DNA of 19,044 nucleotides from Synechococcus sp. UW140 (GTDB lineage Bacteria; Cyanobacteriota; Cyanobacteriia; PCC-6307; Cyanobiaceae): NCBI GenBank assembly GCA_945875915.1, contig CAMCMT010000046.1, positions 1 to 19,044 of the forward strand, read 5' to 3'. Shown piece by piece: positions 14,101 to 19,044 of this stretch (position 1 is its first letter; each line of letters starts with the position of its first letter). The notes under the pieces were generated by a model. It saw only the letters and a program-made list of their open reading frames with translations, ran no database searches and was not told where the DNA came from. The position numbers and the translations under genes were made by a program.

Positions 14101-15621
14101 CAGCGACGTGATCGCCGCATCCTCGATCACATAAAGCGCCTTGGGGCCATCATCCAGACGCCGGGGCGCGTCGTTCACCGCATTAATCATGAAGCCGTTG
14201 GTGGCGGCCAGGCGGCCGCCGTGGCCATCAACCACGTCGTAGGCCAGGGTCACCGGGCCATTGGCATGGACCTCGGGCGTGAAGGTCCACTGGCCATTGG
14301 CGTCAACAGCCAGGCGGCCATTGCCGCTACTTACGTGCAGGTTCTCTACACGCAGCTGATCGCCCGGATCCGGATCACTGAAGCCCTGCAGCAGCTGGGC
14401 GGTGGTCAACGTGCTGGGCTGATCTTCGGCGGTATTGGGCAGCACGGCCTGAGGGGTGCCCGCGAGCTGCGGCGCGGTGTTGATCCCCGCCAGGGAAGCA
14501 GATAGTTCAACACGTTGCTCGCGACCATTGATCAGCAATCGGGCTGCATCGTTGCTGACCCCCATCACCTGGGCCGCTTCAAGTGTCAGGTTGCCGAAGA
14601 GCTGGGCCGCAAAAATCTCGCCCTCATCACCGGCGCTGTCGACTCCATTGAGCTGGGAGCTCCCTTCCAGCCAGTGGCCGATCTCCTCAAGCAAAACGGC
14701 CTGCAGTTGCTTCTTTGGAGCGCTGCGCAAGGTTTCGCTGAGCAGAATTGTGTTGCTCTCGCCCAGGTAGGCCCCTCGCACCCGGCTGCTCTCAAAGCGG
14801 GCCCATTGGATCTGGGGCTGCTGCTCAGCTGCGAGAAAAGCCTGCACTAACTGGCCAACAGCAGCCTGATTGGATTCGTCAAAAGCAACAGCGATCGCCC
14901 CATCTAGCCGGCCACTGCCTTGGGCCTCCTGCAGGCTTTGGCGGGCAAAATCCACGAGCCCAACCGCATCGCCGAGCCCGGTTGTCGCGATTGCAGTGGC
15001 GCTACCCGATAACGCTGTCATGGTTAGGGCTGGCTCAAGCACGGCTGTGACCAGCTCAAAGGCCTGGCCTGGCCCAAGCGGCAGCACGCTTGCCAAGGCC
15101 TCAGGCGCAATCAGATCGCTGCCAAGCTGAAGGCTGCAGCCCTCAGGCGCCCCGGCCAGCAAATCAACCTGGTTGTAGTCACTGTGGGCGAGTGCATCGG
15201 CGATCTGCTGCAACCCCGACGCACCGGGCTGCAGAAAGAGCAGATCGGCGCCGGGGGGCTGGCTGCCCAGAGCATCGAGGTGCTGCTGCCAGCCTGCACT
15301 GCTGGTGTCGACCACCAGCAACAAGCGCTTGGATGCATCGCCTGATGGGCCGTCATCCCGGGCGGCCGCCCAGCCATTGAGCGCTGAAAACTGGCGACTA
15401 CCTGGATCGAGCAGGGTGGAGCCGCTCTGGCTCTGCAGCCAGGCCTCTTGCTGTTGCACCTGGAGCAGGCTGCGGCTCATCAGGTCGTCGGCAGCTCCGC
15501 TTTGATGCCAGGCCTGCAGCTCGGGCTGGGGGCTATGGCCGCCATTGAGCTCGCCTGCATCGCCGCACCCTTGCGGCTGGGCATCGAGCTGATCGTGATA
15601 CTGGCGATCGAGAGGTGACAT
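11113..15621 (-). CDS. Giant surface-type protein A (1502 aa): DUF4347-like N-domain, cadherin/VCBS-like repeats, membrane-proximal domain, G/S/D linker, one hydrophobic helix, unknown C-terminal module
   Basis: ATG at 15621 preceded by GGAGGAG. DUF4347-like segment KRLLLVVDTSSAGWQQHLDAL...ADLLFLQPGASGLQQIADALA...YNQVDLLAGAPEGCSLQLGSDLI (nt ~15097-15333). LLEEIGHWLE...GDEGEIFAAQLFG motif. Repeat modules end in VNDAP / VNDTPV. Domain containing RYFKYVSEY...AGYYDFTR...FGDNDPSASNIRDPGAPV. Gly/Ser/Asp-rich aa ~1176-1260. Helix LLGGNLLDALALGAGLLYLLYG (nt 11710-11775) followed by K/R residues. 198-aa C-terminal region. Confidence 0.9.
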   Translation of the reverse strand: MSPLDRQYHDQLDAQPQGCGDAGELNGGHSPQPELQAWHQSGAADDLMSRSLLQVQQQEAWLQSQSGSTLLDPGSRQFSALNGWAAARDDGPSGDASKRLLLVVDTSSAGWQQHLDALGSQPPGADLLFLQPGASGLQQIADALAHSDYNQVDLLAGAPEGCSLQLGSDLIAPEALASVLPLGPGQAFELVTAVLEPALTMTALSGSATAIATTGLGDAVGLVDFARQSLQEAQGSGRLDGAIAVAFDESNQAAVGQLVQAFLAAEQQPQIQWARFESSRVRGAYLGESNTILLSETLRSAPKKQLQAVLLEEIGHWLEGSSQLNGVDSAGDEGEIFAAQLFGNLTLEAAQVMGVSNDAARLLINGREQRVELSASLAGINTAPQLAGTPQAVLPNTAEDQPSTLTTAQLLQGFSDPDPGDQLRVENLHVSSGNGRLAVDANGQWTFTPEVHANGPVTLAYDVVDGHGGRLAATNGFMINAVNDAPRRLDDGPKALYVIEDAAITSLGLANLAWATGAGRDPASDQLRQIPGADEATQTLTFTVTAVPAARLGQLGLLDANNAFSPVTPGAQLSQEQMQALQFRAAADAYGTGTLTYAVSDGAAAQGGLTTTETFTINVLAVNDTPVRTSLAELAPLLIDNTKLIVDPVTNLYMTVSVGLVNLLFRAGGDALEQASQQQLLYRISQLPNATVGQVLLAGGVTAVVQGQTYSLDQLRDLIFRPARGVEKLTAAERLGELRLEVTDSPAPSGDPALTTELKVQILIDTNKASGRAGMRIAGLTSDEQAIQAVLALDPTNPDTGFQAPAGGNGTIQTVGQPKGLNTSIYSQLKSDNALYLAALGGNTVLDGQEVNYLPSAVPFLFDLPINAWAPTSWANGGPDPTHTLLYRSTLSGQLRSNDELIYTVVPGSAPAGFTLSSSGAWSFDPLHAAYAGLTTEGAKQQVTVGYQAGTLTGEITIELRRTATTMIAEVVGNVGALTTSRGDWIAANPEGRDKDRYFKYVSEYVLTSYGARDTGEKNEAGEKLFTWGGSIATADGQPLRQLNGTPITSAGYYDFTRREGLGDGVEFIYETVSEKGKQVDYITGMRFFLRNNVFGDNDPSASNIRDPGAPVTILRELGVITTLALTENATKLSSAPPPAAPGLIEVLTRLRSDGSLPGLVDIDPSQYENAAKVSMLLSSGSAGGSSSGLMAQGTGAGDDDGTSTGSAAGDPAGKGAGVGGLDAGADKIAKGRGPGDGGDSTAEGLGQGAGERGLRLDPLPILATAALATPASLLGSLSETNLLGGNLLDALALGAGLLYLLYGPKAVDQGKRGLRGWLAGVVGGSRRGAAVPGEQLVLSLILTRQENGSLQLVAAQLTAGGVKLLAQQDLASAEAWQEAASALLAGLQQQGQRYDLLLLDGQLDRALPATDQSLAALAQQRLPLATAELAAAVAAASPAEFAALQQWLNKPSLALPADSAVAQALQRRCAVHGQTLPPDQAKMAAMLELSLALTWSQRRNR
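13751..14400. repeat. Copy 1 (in gene A) of a ~650-bp high-identity block shared by the two giant genes
   Basis: Aligns to 18038-18687 at a constant offset of +4287 nt at both ends (13751->18038, 14161->18448, 14311->18598). I counted about 9 mismatches in a 140-nt stretch aligned by hand. Identity falls towards 14340-14400 and the flanks are much more diverged. Confidence 0.85.
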
Positions 15622-15626
15622 GGGGG

Positions 15627-15633
15627 CTCCTCC
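15627..15633 (-). promoter_or_regulatory. Shine-Dalgarno sequence GGAGGAG for giant protein A
   Basis: The minus strand reads TAA-GGAGGAG-CCCCC-ATG. The stop of giant gene B (15634-15636) abuts the SD, with a 5-nt spacer to the ATG. This supports the start call and co-transcription of B then A. Confidence 0.65.
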
Positions 15634-18600
15634 TTAACTCACAGGGCCGGGATTGGCCGCTAGGGCCAAGCTCAGCTCCACCAGGGTGGCCATCGAGGCC
15701 TGCTTGGCGGGCATGGCCTTGGCATAGATCTCGGCCCGCTGCTGCATCAGCTGGGCCAGGGGGTTGTCGTCGGCCAGGGGTTGGCTCGGGTTTTGCAGCC
15801 ATTGCTGCACCTGATGGCGCTGCTCGGCGTTGCATCGGGCCAGACCATCACTGAGGCTGCGGGTGACCAGCTGGGCGGTGCTGGTACCCAGGCCCTTGAG
15901 GAGCGAGGTCTGGGCCTGCAGCTGCGGATCCACCAGCACCTGTTCGGCCTGAGCCAGGCCGCTACCGCGCAGGCGATCGAGCAATTGGCGCATGCTGTAG
16001 TCGATCTGGGCTTGGCTGCCCGGAGTCGCCATGCCCGCCCCGGGAGGCAGATCCTGTTGGGCCAGGATCACTAGGCCTGTGCTGGTGACACGGGCAGCCA
16101 CGAGGCGCTCGCTGCCGTTGTCGAGCTTGATCGCAAACACCGAGATCAGCTGCCTCTCGCGGCCGGCAGCAGGGCCAAAGCCGCTACCAGCAACCTGCTG
16201 CGCCCGGCGTAGAAGCCCGCGCATCCCGGCATTGCTCGCCAGGGCGGCCTTGGGTCCATAGAAGCCGTACACCACACCCATGCCGAGCATCAGGGCATCG
16301 AGCAGGTGGTTGCCCATCAGCGAGCCCTCCTGCAGGCGGCCGACCACAAACGAGCCATGGCCCGCGGTGGCGGCGGCGGAAGCCGGGCTGCTGATCAGCG
16401 GCTGCAACAGGCTGCTGCGATCGGGCTGGCTCTTGGGCCCCTGATCCAGACCCTGCCCGAGCAAGGCCAGCAACGCCGGGCTGCCCTGGCCGGCAGCCGC
16501 ACCCACTCTTGCCAGCTGCGCCGTACCAGCCCCTTCGGCATTGGCCAGGCCTTCCTCCCCTTCGCCCCCATCACCAGCCGAGCTCAGGCTGCCACCAAAG
16601 CTCATGGCAGCGCTGGCGCCCCCTGACGTGACCAGTAACGAGGGATTGAGACGCTCTGAAGCCGCACTCGAGGAGCTGCCCAGGGCACTGATCAGCGTGA
16701 AGGAGTTATCGAGGACATTGGCTCCAGAGCCGGCCCCGACCCCCCCCCCGTTGAGAAAGGGCGTATTGGTCGCGTTTGTGTTGCTTGTGCTATTGCCGAT
16801 CACCGGCAGCAAAGCAACCACAACGCCGGGGTCAACGATGACGCCATCCATGGGGTTGTTGTCACCGAACATATTATCAGTGAAATGCACATTTACCGAT
16901 TTGATGTACTCAAAGCCATCGTCTAGGGTGACGTACTCGAGGACACCCCCATCACCGCTAGCGCCGAGTCGGGTGAAGTCGTAGTAGCCTGCGGCTTTGA
17001 TGATCTGGCCATCCAGCGTGGTCAGGGGCTGCTGGTTTTTTGTTCCGATGCTGGCAGTAGGCATACCCTCCCAGGTGTAAAGCACTTCGCCATCAGTGTT
17101 GTATTGCACATTGCCCGCGGCATCGAGGTCCATGCGGGCTCCATAGGCCCTTAGGGTCTGCTCCGAGATGAACTTGAAGTAACGATCAAAGGCGCGGCCC
17201 AGCTCACTGGAGCGGGAGAGTTGTTTGACCTCAATATCGTTGTTGGCGCCAGGTGTGGGCTCGGTGGAGTATTCAATGAGATAACTGGTTTGAACTCCGA
17301 AACGCGTGGAATCGAGATCCACCATCTCATTATCGGGTGCACGGGCGATGTCGAAGCTGAAATTCAACGGGGTGGCACTGGGTAGGAAGTGCAACTCCTT
17401 ACCATTGACCGAGATGGCTCCACTTGCGCGCTTCATGAACAACGGGTTGGAGGGATCGAGGCGGCTGTAGACCGTGGGATCGAGGGTCTCAATCCCATCG
17501 GAGCTCGTGAGGGTATTGGCGGCGGCATCAAAATCGTCCAGGAAGCCCTTAAGCACCCCTGGATCTGGGTTTTCCCCCAGCAAGGCCAGCAGCACCTCCA
17601 GCGCTTTGGCTGCAGCACCATTGCCCGACACATAGATCGGCAGCGACTCTTCGGTGGGCTGCAGCGACCCACCGTCGATGGCCCCGGTCTCGCGGATGCT
17701 GAAGCGGAAGCTCGACAGCCGGTCATCAGCAGCCAGGGCCAAGGCATCTCCATCGGTGAGGAACTGCATGCCGCGCAGTTGAACAAGGCTGTAGGCCTGC
17801 CCCTGCACCACAGCGGTGACGCCATCGCCAAGCACCACCCGGCCGAGGGCTAGGGGCGGGAGGGCGTTGATCAGCACTTCGAGTTGCTGGGAGTTCTGCT
17901 CAGCCAGGTTGCCGCCAGCGTGGAAGGCAACCGCTTGCAGGCCTAGGGGGATGGGCTGATACCTGCCGTTCTGGTAATCAAGGTTGGTGCGGGTGATGAT
18001 CAGCGGCACCAGCTCTGGTGAGGTAAGCACCGGTGCATCGTTCACCGCCAGCACGTTGATTGTGAAGGTCTCCGTTGTCGTCAGGCCGCCCTGCGCCCCT
18101 GCTCCGTCGCTCACCGCATAGCTGAAGGTGCCGCTGCCATCGGCATCTGCTGCCGCCCGGAACTGCAGCTCCTGCATCTGGCCCAGACTCAGCTGGGCAC
18201 CTGCCGTCACCGGCACAAAAGCATTGGTGGCATCCAGCAAGCCGATCTGCCCTAACCCATTGGCAGGCAAGGCGGTGATCGTGAAGGTCAACGTCTGGGT
18301 GGCCTCATCGGCTACTGGGATCTGGCGCAGCTGATCGGTGGCCGGATCGAGCTCGGCTCCAGTCGCCCAGGCCAGATTGGCCAAGCCCAGCGGCGTGATC
18401 GCGGCATCCTCAATCAAATAGAGGGCTTTGGGGCCATCATCTAGACGCCGGGGCGCGTCGTTCAGCGCATTGATCGTAAAGCCGTTGGTGGCGGCCAGGC
18501 TGCCCCCGTGGCCATCAACCACGTCGTAGGCCAGGTTCACCGGGCCATTGGCATGGGCCTCGGGCGTGAAGGTCCACTGGCCAGTGGCGTCTACTGCCAG

Positions 18601-19044
18601 GCGGCCATTGCCGCTGCTGACGCGCAGGTTCTGCACATCAAGCCAGTCGCTGCGATCGAGATCGCTGTAGCCCTGCAACAGCTGGGCCGTACTGAAGTCA
18701 ACCGTGGTGTTTTCGTTGGTGCTGGCCAGCACGGCCGAGGCTCCCGTAAGCCCAGGGGTCTGGTTGACCCCCTGCAGGTCGATCGTCACCGTGCAGAAGG
18801 CGGCAGCGCCAAAGCTGTCGGCCACCTGCACCAGATAGCGTAGCTGCAGGGTTTCATTGGCTGCCAGGCCTCCGAAGGTTTCGGCACCGCTGTTGAAGGA
18901 CCAGGTGAGTGTTCCTGTGGTCGCGTTAGAACCGATGACTGGCGAGGGTGAGAGCGTCAGCATCGAAAGGAGCTGAGTATCGGACGACAGGATGCCGGCG
19001 GAGGTGCCAGATTTGCTGACGGAAAGAAGCGTGGGAGTAACGAC
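15634..19044 (-). CDS. Giant surface-type protein B (paralog of A), N-terminus beyond the right window edge (at least 1136 aa visible)
   Basis: The listed ORF starts at Met 18963. However, I translated the 81 nt between 18964 and 19044 in the same frame (VVTPTLLSVSKSGTSAGILSSDTQLLS-M...) and found no stop, so the gene continues upstream. The module order is the same as in A: VCBS/cadherin-like repeats (VNQTP, LNDAP, VNDAPV), RYFKFISEQ...AGYYDFTR...FGDNNPMDGVIVDPG, G/S linker, helix LMGNHLLDALMLGMGVVYGFYG (nt 16255-16314), and a 206-aa C-terminal module ending ...MATLVELSLALAANPGPVS. Confidence 0.9.
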   Translation of the reverse strand, partial: VVTPTLLSVSKSGTSAGILSSDTQLLSMLTLSPSPVIGSNATTGTLTWSFNSGAETFGGLAANETLQLRYLVQVADSFGAAAFCTVTIDLQGVNQTPGLTGASAVLASTNENTTVDFSTAQLLQGYSDLDRSDWLDVQNLRVSSGNGRLAVDATGQWTFTPEAHANGPVNLAYDVVDGHGGSLAATNGFTINALNDAPRRLDDGPKALYLIEDAAITPLGLANLAWATGAELDPATDQLRQIPVADEATQTLTFTITALPANGLGQIGLLDATNAFVPVTAGAQLSLGQMQELQFRAAADADGSGTFSYAVSDGAGAQGGLTTTETFTINVLAVNDAPVLTSPELVPLIITRTNLDYQNGRYQPIPLGLQAVAFHAGGNLAEQNSQQLEVLINALPPLALGRVVLGDGVTAVVQGQAYSLVQLRGMQFLTDGDALALAADDRLSSFRFSIRETGAIDGGSLQPTEESLPIYVSGNGAAAKALEVLLALLGENPDPGVLKGFLDDFDAAANTLTSSDGIETLDPTVYSRLDPSNPLFMKRASGAISVNGKELHFLPSATPLNFSFDIARAPDNEMVDLDSTRFGVQTSYLIEYSTEPTPGANNDIEVKQLSRSSELGRAFDRYFKFISEQTLRAYGARMDLDAAGNVQYNTDGEVLYTWEGMPTASIGTKNQQPLTTLDGQIIKAAGYYDFTRLGASGDGGVLEYVTLDDGFEYIKSVNVHFTDNMFGDNNPMDGVIVDPGVVVALLPVIGNSTSNTNATNTPFLNGGGVGAGSGANVLDNSFTLISALGSSSSAASERLNPSLLVTSGGASAAMSFGGSLSSAGDGGEGEEGLANAEGAGTAQLARVGAAAGQGSPALLALLGQGLDQGPKSQPDRSSLLQPLISSPASAAATAGHGSFVVGRLQEGSLMGNHLLDALMLGMGVVYGFYGPKAALASNAGMRGLLRRAQQVAGSGFGPAAGRERQLISVFAIKLDNGSERLVAARVTSTGLVILAQQDLPPGAGMATPGSQAQIDYSMRQLLDRLRGSGLAQAEQVLVDPQLQAQTSLLKGLGTSTAQLVTRSLSDGLARCNAEQRHQVQQWLQNPSQPLADDNPLAQLMQQRAEIYAKAMPAKQASMATLVELSLALAANPGPVS
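16740..16749 (-). repeat. Homopolymeric G10 tract (C10 on the plus strand) inside giant gene B
   Basis: Plus strand ...ccccgaCCCCCCCCCCgttgag. The minus strand reads AAC GGG GGG GGG GTC GGG = N-G-G-G-V-G (aa 738-743 of the listed ORF). It is the longest mononucleotide run I saw in the window. Confidence 0.9.
18038..18687. repeat. Copy 2 (in gene B) of the ~650-bp high-identity block
   Basis: See copy 1. It encodes ...TAQLLQGYSD...NALNDAPRRLDDGPKALYLIEDAAIT...TETFTINVLAVNDAPV, against the near-identical stretch in A. Confidence 0.85.

Noticed and set aside
11113-19044. Giant proteins as classical RTX-type calcium-binding substrates
   Set aside because: I scanned both translations for tandem GGxGxDxUx nonapeptides and found none. 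The Gly-rich stretches are irregular linkers.
1-19044. Search for tRNA/rRNA genes, CRISPR arrays, transposases, integrases, inverted terminal repeats or phage genes
   Set aside because: I noticed no regularly spaced short repeats, no cloverleaf-like or rRNA-like segments, and no DDE or tyrosine recombinase-like translations. Essentially the whole window is occupied by the protein-coding genes listed.

Overview
High-GC DNA. The recognisable proteins (divergent sigma-70 factor, ABC1/UbiB kinase, cyanobacterial-type parvulin-like protein, cNMP-domain HlyB-like exporter, HlyD) suggest a picocyanobacterium of the Synechococcus/Cyanobium type. That assignment is inference; no database search was possible. 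The window has three parts. (i) An ordinary left flank (1-2625) holds a sigma factor 3' end, a small membrane protein and an ABC1 kinase. (ii) A tightly packed plus-strand gene train (2780-11109) holds a parvulin-like protein, a 1007-aa cNMP/C39-like/ABC exporter, a HlyD-type membrane fusion protein and a 101-aa acidic orphan. It ends with four genes coupled by overlapping stop/start codons: a MotA/ExbB-like channel protein with a ~200-aa helical tail, two paralogous ExbD/TolR-like single-pass proteins, and a signal-peptide HExxH mini-protein. (iii) A convergent minus-strand operon encodes two paralogous giant surface-type proteins, one of 1502 aa and one of at least 1136 aa that runs off the right edge. 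Both carry cadherin/VCBS-like repeats, a lower-GC membrane-proximal domain, a Gly/Ser/Asp linker, one hydrophobic helix and a conserved ~200-aa C-terminal module I do not recognise. The most interesting candidate is the combination itself: a stator-like ion-channel unit sitting between a type I exporter and giant C-terminally anchored proteins. It may be an ion-motive-force-driven surface machine for adhesin movement, motility or assisted export, but this is a hypothesis. Secondary signals are a ~650-bp indel-free, ~90%-identical block shared by the two giant genes, a G10 coding homopolymer placed so that either frameshift removes the anchor, and an Asp/Asn asymmetry at the proton-relay position of the two ExbD-like proteins. 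I saw no tRNA, rRNA, CRISPR array, transposase or integrase.
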